The notes: generated from the letters alone by a model not told the origin. Numbered from the stretch's first letter, positions 26,370-40,086 are shown. The stretch is DNA of 64,000 nucleotides from Epiperipatus broadwayi (GCA_028023455.1 JAQFVV010000005.1:6696001-6760000), one strand, 5' to 3'. Made by a program: numbers and translations.

Positions 26370-27790
26370 AAATAAACCCTAATAATTGTGAAAACAGGAA
26401 ACTTGAGTTTCTTGGATTCAAAGTATTTTTCCACTAAAGACAAAATAAAGGCATTTTGCATACTAACAAATTAAGTGAGTTTCTGTCATTTCTTGGCATC
26501 ATCAATTATTATGAGAGTTTATTCTGCATAAAACAGAAGCTGTCAAACTATTATATTCACTGCTAAAGAAATAGGCTGAATGGATGTGGAAATTAACAAA
26601 TTAAACCTTTTGATAAGCTAAAGATATTAATAATTAATTCAAATAAACTAACCCATTATGATCCAAATATGAATTAATCCTAGCATGTGATGGTCATCAG
26701 ATGGCATTGAAACAATCTTGGTTTACTGTAACAAAAATGAGTGACACTCCGTCTTCATTTCTCACACATTGGCCAGGTCTAAAAAATTACTCTCAGATAA
26801 ACATAAGAGATTATAGCCTTGGTAGAAAGTGGTAAACATTTCAATCATTATGTGTATAGAGGATTATTTATTTTACAAACTGACCATAACCCTTTATTAG
26901 GTATAATGGCATTGAAGAACCTGCTGCCCCCAAAACATCTTACCTTGTATGCTAAGATAGTTTAACTTTCTGAGTGCATATAGCTTTAAACTTTGTTGTA
27001 CAGAAGGAAAAAAATCCCGTAAGTTAATGTACTCTGTAGATTACCAGACAAAAGTGAAAAAAAAAAAAACACATGACAAAAACAAACTATCAATAAATAT
27101 AATTGGTTCAAAAATAATGACCAAATAAACAATAAAGCAATAGTTATCTAATCACAAATGACCAAAGGTATAATTTTCTGAATAAATGGACATGTAGAAA
27201 ATGATTATAAGTCTTTTGGGCAAGAAGGCATGGCTATCCATTGAGAATGAATGTATCTTATGAGGCAATTGAATCATCGTATCTTAAAGTTGCAAGCAAA
27301 TTTTAATTATTGCATTATGGTCACCTGTAATAGTGAAAACAAAAATACTGACTAGATGTTATCTGGTGGCATAATATAGATTCCGATATAAAATTTGAGA
27401 AACACTACAACCAGCAATACAAAATGAATTAAATAATGCCAGCTAAAATGAAGGATCATCCTTGACTAAAGGCAGCTGGTCCATTGAAAAGAATTAATTT
27501 AGACCATGAAAAGGCATAAAATTTGTTATTGGTTCCTATTGTAAATGTCTACAAGTAGTTAACAGACCAAACTTCGGCACCTCAACAATGTTTGATACTT
27601 AGAGGAAAATATTTGCAACTCATGGTCTTTCTTTGACCATTGTTAACAATAATAAAACAATCTTTACAACTAGTTCAAAGACATTTGTGCAAATAATGAT
27701 ATCAATTATATATTGACATCATTATTCCACCAAGAGAGCAAGGGACCAGCTGAATTTTTAATATAAAATTAAAACTCCAGAACACAGCAA
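26370..27790 (+). mobile_element. Decayed Ty3/Gypsy pol (RT-RNaseH-integrase remnants)
   Basis: Frameshifted motifs EFLG, SFLGIINYY, LACDG, NYSQI, ILQTDHNPLL, LHYGH...WWHNID, KIFATHGL, in Gypsy domain order. No LTRs found. Confidence 0.75.
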
Positions 27791-28479
27791 ATGATTGAAG
27801 CATTCATTTAGCTAGAAAGCTGTTAAACAAGCATGGATCTCCAGATACTTGTTCTTGGTAGAATTCTGGCTCAAATGTTAATGAATCATAGTTTGAGATC
27901 TTAGTTTTCAGTCTCAAATATCACCAAAAGAAAGCAAAATATAAAATTATAGCCACTTCAAAATTAGTGCAAAAGTTTTATGTCATAAATATACGGCAAA
28001 AGCTGGATTCCAGCTACAATTAGCCAGAAACAATCAAATACTATTAGTAGCAAAAATCTCTGATGATCAACTTCATAAATAGCTTAACAGCCTAACTTCA
28101 TGTTGATTTTAGCCAGCCAAAAATCTCCAGCTACAAAACAGCATAAACGGACCCTATGAATCAGCAAAGTGATTCCACAAAAGGGTAGTAACTATGAATC
28201 AGGCCAGTCTTGCCAGCACCAGCATTAGAAAAAATGATGTCATAACACTGGATAGAAAAACTCAGCAAACGAAATAGAAAATTGTCCAAGCATCTGTTAG
28301 AGTAAGAAATAAGTGATTTACTTCATCTAAGAAGGAAGGAATGTTATGAGTTTTCATGCTCAACTTTAAAAAAAGAATTTGTCATTTGGATTCAGAAAAT
28401 AAATGGCTACCATTTTTTAAAAATTATTTACTGTTATCTGCCACCATTTTTAATTATATATACTCCCAACAGCAATTTT

Positions 28480-28910
28480 TATATACTTTATTTTAGTCAT
28501 CTATTAGCTTTTTCAATTACTTCCTGCAAATCATGCCATATAGGATAAAGTTTTTCTCGATTTTGACTTTGTGGAAGTGGAATATCTCTCAATGTATAGG
28601 ATTATCTCCTGTCCATTTCTTTTCTATATTTTGCTTGTGGAAAGGTCTTCTTTATGGATGTGCTTGATCCTCCTGGTATAAGCATTGTATTGCTGTAACA
28701 TCAGGTCTTTGTGGATTTACTGATTTTATCTGGAGGCTCTTTTTGAATGTTGCCATAATCTATGATTGTTAATAGCTCTGCCAGTTCTTCAATAGAGCTT
28801 TTACTATTGCTAAACATGATTTTTTGAAATATAGATAGCATATTATGACATATAGTTCTAATAATATCATCTTCAGGTAAGAGAAAGGCAAGGTGAGATG
28901 ACAGTCATTT
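28480..28910 (-). mobile_element. Possible decayed gag-like fragment
   Basis: Minus translation HLAFLLPEDDIIRTIC, with SIEELAELLT in another frame. Resembles retrotransposon gag but is badly decayed. Confidence 0.3.
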
Positions 28911-30259
28911 TGTTTTTTATAAGGGAGTTACTACTTCAGCCTAACAAAATATGTATTTCAATTATTTTTAATCATATTGATCATGCATTTCATTACTTTG
29001 TTTGAGATTTCAATTATTTTAAAAAATGAATGGCATTAAATGTTTGGACTAAAAAAATTACAGTGATAAAACATTTTACTACTTTTACTTTATGATTTGA
29101 TAAGATTTACTTCAAAGAGTAAAAAAATATTTGACTGAGTTTACTTCATAGATTTAGAGAACTAATTTGCCAGGTTTGTAGAAATATGATACCACTTTAT
29201 ATAACTTACTTATGGATTAAATGATGATTAGGTAAAATTATCCCCTGATATACAAGACACATAAATTTATCATGTGCTACTTAATTATGGCTGTATTTCA
29301 TGTGAATTTAATCTATGTTATTTGATAACCATGTTACTGTATATTTATTTACACGAAAAACTTATTGAATCTATTACAATATAAAAAAATTACTATTATA
29401 TAATGGGGGAAAAATATCTTCACTTTTTAAAAATATCAATCTAAGGTTAGTTAGATGATTAGACTTAGTTCAAATGTTTTTACTAAATATGAAACTTTTC
29501 TTCCCTTATTCGTTTTCCTTAAGATGAACTATCAACTTCTTTCTTTTATATTTTATCTTTGTAACTTTCTTCATGTTTTTATAATTTTCTCTTCTTAAAT
29601 ACCCAATCAAATGCCAATGTTTTTTGTATGTTCTTTTATAAGACTTTTTCTCGAATTCTTCTCAGTACTTTTTACATTACTAATTGTATCTTTCTATAAA
29701 GTTTTTTTCATTTTACTTTAAATTCACATTTCCAAAATATCCATCTTTCACATAACTATTTATATCTGAGCTCATTTATAAAATGATGTCAAAATAAAAA
29801 AAGCACTCACAAAGTTTCTTTTTTAAAACTAGTTTTAATCAATCATAAAGTAATCTCCTGCCATTGTTAAATCTATTTAGCCATTACAATTCTTACCCTA
29901 ATTTCTTTACCTTTACATTTCTAATCAGTTATTCAACTTTTTAAATTATAAGTTATTCTTCAAAATTCATATTGTGGAACTGCTAAATAGACATCTTAAT
30001 TATATGGATATATTAATTATATGATAAATTGTAAATGAAAATCATGTTTTACCATATTGTAATCAGAACAATAAATATTTCAGCCACAAGTTTAGCTAAT
30101 TTAACATTGCAACAATGAGTTTTCCACAAGATTGAAAAGAAATTTTAATTTTAACCATTCAATTTTGTTGATACTGGTTAAGAATGAAAAGTTGTTTTTG
30201 ACATCAATCTTATATTTATTAGTTTTATCAGATTATCAAAATAAATATTGAATTATTAG

Positions 30260-31654
30260 TCATTTAAATTTGATGAGAATCTCAAAAATATCACAATCAG
30301 TGAAATGACAAGCTTCATGGCTTTTCAAAGCACGATTATCTGTATCCTGATAATCACATATAAGGCATTTACATACTTTAATACTGTGACTATTATCTTT
30401 AAGAGTATATTTTATTTTTTGTTTATATTGATCACAGTTTAGAGGTGAATTTTTACAATTAGTTTGCTTATGTTGTATTAAATTATTTAGAGATCCTGTT
30501 TTGTAATCGCACTTTTCAGTATGCCTTCTTTCATGGTTTTTTAAATTATTTTTTCGCGCAGCTTTATAATCACAGAAGTTACAGTGATAAGGTCTGTCTC
30601 TAGTATGAACGATTTCATGTATTTTTAAATTACTTACAGAAGCCGATTTATAATCACAAAGTTTGCAATGAAAAGGTTTTATCCCTTTATGTCGTCTTTC
30701 ATGGTCTTTTAAACTACTTTTTACAGCAGTCTTGTAATCACACAATTTGCAATGAAAAGGTTTTTCCCCCGTATGTATTCTTTTATGAATAGTTAACCTA
30801 TTTTTTATAGCAGTTCTAAAATTACACAAGCTACAATGGTATGGTTTTTCTCCTGTATGTAATCTTTCATGTAATTTTAAACTGTTTATATAAGCGGTCT
30901 TGAAATCACACATGCAACAATTAAGAGTTTTTTCTTTTGCATGTATCCTTTCATGCATTTTTAATCTAGATTCTACAGGAGTCTTATAATTACACAAACT
31001 GCAATGATATGGTTTTTCTCCAGTATGTGATATTTCATGTAATTTTAAATTTCTTTTGTGAGCAGTCTTGTAATCACACCAGTTGCAGTGAAAAGGTTTT
31101 TCTCCTGAGTGCAATTTGACATGTTTATTTAAGTTACCTTTAGCATCAGTTTTGTAATGACACAATTTGCAGCGGAATGGTTTATCTTCTGCATATGAAG
31201 TGTCATGAGTTTTTAAATGAATTTTGACAGCAGTCCTACATTTATCCAAGCTGCAAAATAAAGATTTGCCATCAGAATGTGTGTGTTCACTGACTTGTAA
31301 ATTATTTTTTTCAATGGCATTGTAAGTACAAAAGTTGCAATGAAAAATATTTTCTCTTTTCTGTATATGGTCACAAACTTTTGATTTATCCTCAGTAACA
31401 GCACTGTGACATAAATTGCAATGGAAATTTTTTTGTTCTGAATGACTTCTTTCGTGTATTTTAAGGTCATATTTTACAACTGTCTTATAATCACATATAT
31501 AACACTGGAATTGTTTATCTATTTTGTGGACTGTTTTAGGCAATTGAAAATCATGGGATTGAGAAGCTTTGCGATGGTACTTGGATATTTTTTCTTCTGT
31601 ATGAATAATTTTACTCATTTCAAAACAATTCAATTTCTTCAGAATTGTTAACAT
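30260..31654 (-). CDS. C2H2 zinc-finger protein (paralog 2): 9 intact fingers, 3 degenerate N-terminal fingers, a half finger and the C-terminal module
   Basis: Intact 464-aa ORF from a true ATG (31654), with TGEKP linkers. Collinear with paralog 3. Confidence 0.93.
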   Translation of the reverse strand: MLTILKKLNCFEMSKIIHTEEKISKYHRKASQSHDFQLPKTVHKIDKQFQCYICDYKTVVKYDLKIHERSHSEQKNFHCNLCHSAVTEDKSKVCDHIQKRENIFHCNFCTYNAIEKNNLQVSEHTHSDGKSLFCSLDKCRTAVKIHLKTHDTSYAEDKPFRCKLCHYKTDAKGNLNKHVKLHSGEKPFHCNWCDYKTAHKRNLKLHEISHTGEKPYHCSLCNYKTPVESRLKMHERIHAKEKTLNCCMCDFKTAYINSLKLHERLHTGEKPYHCSLCNFRTAIKNRLTIHKRIHTGEKPFHCKLCDYKTAVKSSLKDHERRHKGIKPFHCKLCDYKSASVSNLKIHEIVHTRDRPYHCNFCDYKAARKNNLKNHERRHTEKCDYKTGSLNNLIQHKQTNCKNSPLNCDQYKQKIKYTLKDNSHSIKVCKCLICDYQDTDNRALKSHEACHFTDCDIFEILIKFK

Positions 31655-31725
31655 AAATTTTTTGCAGCATTATTCTTTCAAAAAACCTGCGCAGATGAAG
31701 ATTTTTATCATTTAAAACTGCTTTT

Positions 31726-31745
31726 TTCAACTGAAATGAAAAATA
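31726..31745 (-). promoter_or_regulatory. Candidate 3' splice acceptor of the ZNF2 coding exon
   Basis: Minus TTTTTCATTTCAG|TTGAAAAA (AG ends at 31731). The identical motif lies upstream of paralog 3 (63973). Confidence 0.65.
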
Positions 31746-33929
31746 TATATATAATTAATTTCAATGCATTTTATTCTTTTATAGCAGACTTTTTGTAAGG
31801 AATCTAATATTTATATATATATTTGAAAGACAATTTTATCATTCCTTTTCTAAAAATTGTAACTGGAAAATATTTTTTTATATATTTACTGAATGTTTCA
31901 AAGAAAACTTTATTATTGCTTTATTACAATTTCTCTGAAATGCATTAAAATACAATTAAAATTAAAAAAATTACACAGTAAGATGATCAATAAATGAAGA
32001 TTTAAAAAACTATTTTAAAATGTCTATGAATTGCTTAAAATAAGATTTATGTAAATACTTTCATGTCATTTTTTTAATTATTTAAAAAAATAATACGTCT
32101 TTAAAATGAAACTTCATTCGTAATTCATTGATGTCTCTCAACAATTTTACTAACTGAAGATAGTGAATATATTTTTTAAAAATTTAACTCCATTATCTTT
32201 GTAAACTTGATACTTGCATAACTTTTCTTAATAGTAAAATTAATTGCTTTCAATAATATAATCAATTCAAATGCAATTGGAATTCAACATTATATATTCC
32301 CAACTAATTAGATTAATATTAAAGTTATTTTGACAGCATAAAACTAAAGTTTTAAATATCCAATGACAATATTAATTGCAATGTTTTATTTAAAAAATTT
32401 CTTTATTTGATTATCATCAATGATATTCTTTCTTCCTGTTAACTTTTATTTTACATTACTTCAATAATTCTTTTGTATCTTATTATTTTGTCTTTAAAAT
32501 AAGTCACCACAAATCAAATTTCTTTTAATATAAAGAAGACTAAATAGTTTGTAGTAATAATTTAATAAAGACAATACTAAATTATGAAAGGCAAATATAC
32601 AGTTAATGAAGGTATTTTAAATTGTCAACTATTAACATGTGGTCCATCATGTTTAATGCTATAAAAAGTAATGAGTCAGTGAAGATAAATTTATCCTACA
32701 TGACACTTTTGTGCTCCAACTTTTGTGACAAAGAAACAATAATAATAATCTTATGCAACTTAAACATTTTGTATGTGAGATTTTTAAATATGAAGTGCTG
32801 CCAACCTGAAAAAGAAAAATCAATATATAAAACATTGCTAAAAACTTGGTAAAAACTACAGTATATTATTACTATTTTTTTTATAAAAAAAATAATATTA
32901 CTATTGGAAGAAAGTATTTTTTTAAACTTTGTTTTATAATATTAAATAATATGGATATTAAATTATATGGCAAAACTTTAGAAATGATTAAAAAAAAATT
33001 CTAAAATTTTACACGGCAATATTAAGTATATAAAAAAACAAACTCTCACACACTGCACTAAAATATCTAAAAATTATGTCTAAGAATATTTAAAATAATA
33101 TGTAAACATTATCATTTAGTAAATAGTTTACTTACTACACAATTGTAAATTTATCTTTAAATACTAATAAAATAGTTTCATAAGTTTTTTTTAATATATA
33201 GAGTTGTCTTAAAACTTTAATTCCAAAAAGTTTAATAGTGCAGTCATAAAGGAAAATAAGTTTGTTAATTTTTATATTATATATTTCATTAAAAATATCA
33301 GATTATAATTGAACTTGCTTAAGTTATTTTTATAATCAATTATAAAAATTTCATTTAAATAAATGTATAGGTTAAAAAACAGATCCTTTTAAGAAAAACA
33401 AAAACATAATGTATTTAGTTTAACTATATTTTTCACTTTGTATATAAAATTTTTGATAAATAAAATTTTAAAATTTATCTATTTATTATATTGTATTTTC
33501 AAGTTAGTTATGCTGTAGAACCCACCAATATAAAATGAACTAATGACATACAAGATTAAAAGATAATTATGAATTCAAACCTAATAAAAAAAGTGATAAA
33601 ATAAGCAAGGAATTAAAAAAATGAATGATGAAATTTTAATTAAACACAATAAAAAGATGAGCTGACTGCAATGCGATTTCTAAATGATTGTGTGTTATGT
33701 AAAAACATAATTTAGTTATTCATTTGAAAATTCCAAATTATCACATGATTATGATTTTCATGTTTATACAAGCTGTTTAAACAATATGTGATGTGATGTA
33801 CTGTAGCTTCTCCTTAAACGAAGTCAAGAATCTTTCAGCAATTATGCCCAGAGAAACCTGTTAGCTACTTTATTTTATAAATACAATTTATCCAAACTTC
33901 AAACACTTTTTAGCAAACTTTATTTGTAC

Positions 33930-33972
33930 ATACACCTACGTTTCGACTGACCTGCAGTCTTCTTCAGAGTAA
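33930..33972 (-). ncRNA. Minimal type I hammerhead ribozyme motif (intact core)
   Basis: CUGAAGA A GACUG-CAGGU-CAGUC GAAAC GUA GGUG: 5-bp stem II, palindromic ACGU stem III, GUA triplet (cut predicted 33937/33936), short stem I. Confidence 0.78.
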
Positions 33973-34010
33973 CGATTTTTCATTATTTTATTTAGAAGAT
34001 CAGAATAACC

Positions 34011-34053
34011 TTACTCTGAAGAAGACTGCAGGTCAGTCGAAACATAGGTGTAT
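34011..34053 (+). ncRNA. Mirror hammerhead motif with mutated cleavage/stem III region (GAAAC AUA)
   Basis: Same core and stem II. G>A at 34044 breaks the ACGU palindrome. Confidence 0.6.
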
Positions 34054-34149
34054 GTACAAATAAAGTTTGCTAAAAAGTGTTTGAAGTTTGGATAAATTGT
34101 ATTTATATGATATTACGGCAAACATAAAGAAAAGTGTGATTTTGGTAAT

Positions 34150-36272
34150 ATTTACTTTATTTTACATTCTCCAGTCTAAGTTTTCCCATATTCTGCTCCA
34201 TCCCATTTCCATAACATAATCTTTGTCAACTCTATGGCCTTTATATCTAAATCCCTTATCTTTTCCCAAACCCAACATAAAAACCAATAATCCACTCTCT
34301 GTATAATCACTTTTTTCATATCTATTCTTTCATAACTTCATTATATGTGCCCTTTCTGTTTTCAAGCATTTACATTCAATTAACAGATGCCTAATAATTT
34401 CTATTCCTTCCTTACATAATTTACAAACTAAATCACCCATATTTTTCCATTTACATGTATATTCTCTTGTTGCTAAAGATCCCATTTGAGCCTTAAACAA
34501 TAAACTACTTTCCTTACTATTATCATATATAAACTCGCATCTAATATTCTGTTTATTTCTATATATATTTAAACACTTTTTACTCTCCATTCTAGTTATC
34601 CATCTCTCTAACTCCTTATTCTTTATTAATAAATCTATTCTTTTATCCCATTCCTTACCACTATAACATTCAACAATCCTAACACAATCATCCCATCTTT
34701 TGTACAAATATACTGATATAAATTCTTTATTTCAAATCTTTTGCATGCCGCATTACCTTTCTCACCCATCTTGTTGCCTACCCTTTACTCATAACCCAAT
34801 TAAATACTATTTTGGCTATTCTTTTATTATCCATAAACTGCAATCCACTAAACATTTTCATTTTACTTTTTGCATCTCTCATATGAAAACTTGACATCCC
34901 ATTTCTCCTTGAATTGCCTCCCTTGCTGTTCATACATCTGCATCCAATGCATGTCTTCCTACTTGCCTTTGAACTTTTTCTAAGTAATTTAATACCTCTT
35001 TACTAACACACAATGCATCATTACCATATGTTAACCCTGCTACTGCAACTCCCATATATTCTAGCTACATCATATTTATTATATGAAAACACTGTTAATT
35101 TCTTTATCACTCCCTTTCTTTTCTTTGCTTCATTTATCAATTTTTTTCTCCCAATCATCCAAATAATTTTTGTAATTACTTAAAATAATTCCCAAATAAC
35201 TATATCTATTCACCACATTTAACAATATCTCCCAATAAAAATTCTACATATTCTCTTTCCTCAATATTAACCATCATTATATTTGATTTTTCTTCACTAA
35301 ATTTAATCCCCATCTCTTTACTCACCCTTGCACATGTCAGCATAACTTCCATATCTTCTCTTCTTTCTGCACACAAAAATATATCATCCGCAAAAAAAAA
35401 AGACCTGACAAAATATATACTACCTATTAATGGTATCTCTATCCCTCTTCCTAATCTTTATATTGCTCTTTCCATTTCACTCAAACACAACACAAACAAA
35501 ATAGGTGACATAGAGCATCCTTGCCTTAGTCCCACCCCATTTTTAACTTTAACTGATTCTATATTCCCTAATTGATAATTTCTTAATAATATCTACTAAA
35601 GCTTTATCCATTCCCAAATTTTCTAAACTATCTCCTATATGCCTATCTAATCTAAAACCTCATTGCATTTTCCCCACTACATTATTCCCTTCCATCCATT
35701 TTACAACTCTTCTAGCTACTATATATGAGAAAACTTTATATAAAACTGATGTTACCACTATCGGTCTATAATTCTTTAACTTTCTATGATCCTTACCCTT
35801 TCCATTAAATAATAATCTTATTCTTGTATTAATCCAACTACTTGGGAAAACTCTATTCTGTACCATCTTATTAAAACAGGATAATAACTTTACTTTTGCC
35901 CTATATCCTAAATTCATTACCATCTCTGCTGCCCATCCATCTAAACCTCTTGCCTTTCCACTCTCTTCTCTACCTCATTCAGTTCATTTTCTGAAAACCT
36001 AATATTCCCATTACTATATGCTTTCATGTTTTCTATCACTCTATCCTTCACATCTAACATCTTTTCTATATTCATTACATATCTATTTAAGATTCTCTTT
36101 AAATCTTCTCTAGAGCTACACTCTATTCTCTCATCATCTAGTAATACTATCTCTCTCTTCTCCTTTTAATGTACAGTAATTCCAAAATTTTTTACTCCCA
36201 TCTCTTCACTTTTATTAATATCCTCTAACAATTTACTATTCAATTTCATTCTCTCTCTACAATTACCTATTT
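34150..36272 (-). mobile_element. Non-LTR retrotransposon fragment (RT + C-terminal CxxC...HxxxxC motif), clade unresolved
   Basis: Minus ORFs and remnants: KNYRPIVVTSVLYK, GLRQGCSMSPILF, FADD, YDNSKESSLLFKA...CKLCKEGIEIIRHLLIEC. Confidence 0.88.
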
Positions 36273-36645
36273 TAGCTAACTCTCCATACAGTAGTGCCAC
36301 TCGTGCAAGCCTTAGTAATCAATGGGTGGGAAAAGGTTTATGTATAAAATTTTTATCTAATGCCTACTCATCCAATATCTTCAAACTAGTTTCTAGCTTG
36401 TGACTTTCACCAGTAAGGAGTCTTGGATCTGAGACCACTGCATCAGGTGGGCTGCTGGAGGGCTGCATTAATCATAAGATCTATGTGCAGTGCTTTCAGA
36501 TTGAAGGCTCCTCAATGATGAAAGTCACAAACTAGAAATTAGTCTGGGGATATTGAATGAGTAGGCACTAGATAGGATTTTATGCACACACCTTCTTGCA
36601 TCTATTGATTACTAAGACTTGCACTACTGTATGAAGAATTTGCTA
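36273..36645. mobile_element. Palindromic double-hammerhead element (older copy; both cores carry a substitution)
   Basis: Arms ~36273-36443 and ~36485-36645. Minus core CUGGUGA A AGU-CACAA-GCU A GAAAC UA GUU. Plus core AUGAUGA A AGU-CACAA-ACU A GAAAU UA GUC. Confidence 0.85.
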
Positions 36646-36990
36646 GCAACAAGGGAATATACACACAAATGGAAAAATGTGGGTGATTTAGTCTGCAAAT
36701 TGTGTAAAAAAGGCATAGAAAATATTGGGCATCTGTTAATTGAATGTAAATGCTTGCAAGTAAATAGGGCACAGATAATTAAGTTATGGAAAAATAAATA
36801 TAAACAAAGGGATTGTATAAAAGATGGTTTCTTGGTATTTATGCTGGGTTTGGAAAAAGACAAGGGGGATTGAGATATAAAGGCCATGGAGTTGTCAAAG
36901 ATTATATTGTGAAAATGGGATGTAGCAGGATAGAGAAGAATATGGAAAAAACTTAGGGTGGGGAATGGAAAAGAAAGGTAAAGTAGTTAA
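36644..36990 (+). mobile_element. 3' fragment of the same LINE family as 34150-36272, in opposite orientation
   Basis: ATREYTHKWKNVGDLVCKLCKKGIENIGHLLIECKC matches the 34330 ORF. The 3' UTR is also shared. Confidence 0.88.
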
Positions 36991-39900
36991 AAGGTTTCTC
37001 TGGGCATGGTAGCTGAGAAATTCCTGATTCTGATACAGAAGAAGTCACAGTGCATCCCATCTCATCTCATTACTGTTTAGTTATTCATAATAAAAATTTT
37101 AATGTGACAGAATATTTCACACCTTGTTTCCAGGAATGGGACAAATTTGTTTTAAATTAGACTAAACTTTCTAATGAAATGTTTAAAATAATTCAAGTTG
37201 TACATGCCAATCAAATCATGGGTCATAAAAATGTTTTCAAAGAGCTTGCAAGATTTCATGATGACAAGAAAAGCATTGAAAATAATCCCAAAAAAAGTAC
37301 GAAACACACTTTCATATTTTCATGTTATAACTCATAATCCAGATCTGCTTAAGCCTTTATATATACTGTTTCAGGAATAATATTGCAGGCATCTTGGAGA
37401 CAATTGGTCACTTTTTCATAGGAAGAAGTTATGCACAAAGAAGTAAAATGATTAAAACAATAACAGCAGTAGTTGACTTTACCATTGATGATAAAATAGT
37501 AAAAGCAGTAAATAAATGTTGCATATTTATTATCAGTAGCACAAAGCCAATATTAAGGAAATATACTGCTAGGATCTTCAATTATCCTAATCCTCACTCA
37601 AAATGAATACATTATACAAATATAAATGAAAAAAATTGAAAGACTAAAGATGAGCAAAAGAAGTATGGCTTTTGAAATGTATTCAAACAGAATAACATGC
37701 AGGATTTTGATTTAATCAAATATAAAAATTAAAAAAAAATTCATTGAAAAACTATGTTTAAAAAATTTAAAGATAGCAAAGGAAGACATAGTAAAGGCTA
37801 AAACCAGAAAGTTAACTCATTTTGGAGAAATATTTATATAGCTTGCACATAATTCTAATAATGATAAACATAATTGGATATGAATGAACATTTATGAAGA
37901 TTCTAAGTAGTCATCTCAAAAGTTTAATATATACAAAACTACCACATAGATGGATACAGACTAATATTACATTAGCATGCATGTTTACAAAATACACAAA
38001 CACTTCTATTGTGGGTGATTTCAGTTTAACTAAATATATTGAAATATTTAATAGCAGCTGCTTAAGTATGTTTCATGTTACCTTTTTTAAATATTACATG
38101 CAAAATTTTTTTACATCTGATATTGTAATAGATATATATAAATATTAAATATCTTTTGATACATAAAATTTGAATTATCATTTACATAAAATTATGTTTA
38201 AAAATTATGTATTTAAAATTTAGTTTTGATTAAGGGCCAAAAAAGTCAAAGAATTTCTATGGTGAGCAATAAATTCCATTTCCATAAAAATATAGAATAT
38301 GAACTCTAAACTGGATTTAGAGAAAAGATTTTGTGCTTTTCTTAAATTCTGAGTTCATAAAAGCTTGATATTCTCTATCACAGAAGATTGTCTATTATAA
38401 CCTCAGATCTGTTAAGATTCATAATTAAAGTACACTTTGTAATGTTCACAATAGTAAATTATATCAATGAAAAATTATTTGGTCAAACTGATTTATAATC
38501 AAAGTTATGTTAATGAAAACTGGCAGTTCTCTTAAAATTGTCAGCACAATTTTTTGTTCAAATGATATTATGAATGTTCTATAATAGTTTTCACGCCTAG
38601 TTATGAATTCTTTTTTTTTTTGCCATAAGAATATAAATTGACTTTTTTCTAATGAGTACAAAAACTGTTTTTCAAATGTTGTCTAGATTTTCTTGAGTCT
38701 TTTGCAAATTTCCAAAAAGTATGTGAAGAAATGGACTTATCAGTTAATAATCCTCTCAAGACTTTCATTTGTGAAAAGAAAACTAGCAAAAAATTTATAA
38801 TACACCTTATTTTTTGTATTTATTTACATCAATTTGATCTTAATTACTTTAGATATAATTCCATGTTCTATACACATTAGCAAATTCACTTGAATCTTGA
38901 AATTTCTTTTAATATGAATCTTCTAGTTGAATGACAATGCTTTTCCATAAATGTTAAATTTAAGACTATTGCAAAATTAGATTGTTTTTTTTACCTTTCC
39001 TGGATGCTCAAAAGATCACTAACAGCATTAAAAATGATAAGGAAAACTTCCAATCAATTTCTAATATTATTCATGTTACTAGTAGTATTTTGCCTACATT
39101 ACAAGCATTACGTTTTTCCAGTTTCATTGAAATAATTCACTATCTGTTACACAATTGCTAGTTATGTTTTTATTACTAAAACTCAAATTGCAATTTTCAA
39201 GTTATCATAATCTATTTGATTCCTTAAACTCCATTTATCTCTGAACTGGGTTAACTGAAATTTAGCACCACAAATAGTAATATGACAGCTTGAAAAATGA
39301 TTGATTTAATAAAAACTTTCTACACATTCTTAATTTCTGATTCCTATTCCATACTGACCAAAAAATATTTTCTTTCCTTTTAACTATGACAATTCAGTCA
39401 CTTCTAATAAAAAGTTTTGTCAAATTTCATTATCAGTGAAAATATTGTAATTTGAACGGGTTTTCATTTCTCAAAGTGCAGCATTATAAAGTTTTTTTAA
39501 TTACATAATGAGCATTATAAAGTTTTTATACTGTCTATTCATAACCATTTCGAAAATGGTATATGAATAGTTAACGTTTTCTCTCAGCCAGTCTAAAATA
39601 TTTTGCTGTTAACAACAGTGTAATGAATTATTCTATACAGATTTCGAGTTGAATATGGAAATTACACTTAATAAAAAGATATTGTAGCAAGTATATGTAA
39701 ATACTTGTTGTTGTTGCTTTTTCCAGCACAATTTGAAATAAATAAACAAAAACTATTTAACGCTAAACAGAGTCATCTATTATAGAGCAATAATGAATTA
39801 CGATTAAATCCATCAATTTCAATAATTCAAAATTTGTACAACGTAAATAGTTAATTCGAGAAAAAATAAGTGAACGAAAAATCCATAAAAGGTTATTTTT

Positions 39901-40086
39901 TAAAGATAACTTATTTAATAAAAGATTTTTTTTAAAAAAAAAAATGCATGCAATACATCATTGCAATAATTTAAATTTAATTAAAAAAACTATTGTCTAC
40001 TAATAAATAAAAATGGCAACAAATTTAGATAGTTAATTTAAACAAAATTAAAAATATATCACGTGTAATAAATAGTTTAATAGAAT

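Larger units (their letters stand above)
33876..34107. mobile_element. Palindromic element with 97-bp arms (one mismatch), each carrying a Penelope-type minimal hammerhead
   Basis: 33876-33972 is the reverse complement of 34011-34107 except ACGT vs ACAT. Contains CTGAAGAAGACTGCAGGTCAGTCGAAAC. Confidence 0.9.

Noticed and set aside
28845-28880. TCATCTTCAGG PLE-end-like motif
   Set aside because: GAAAC is not intact, and the region reads better as a decayed gag-like frame.
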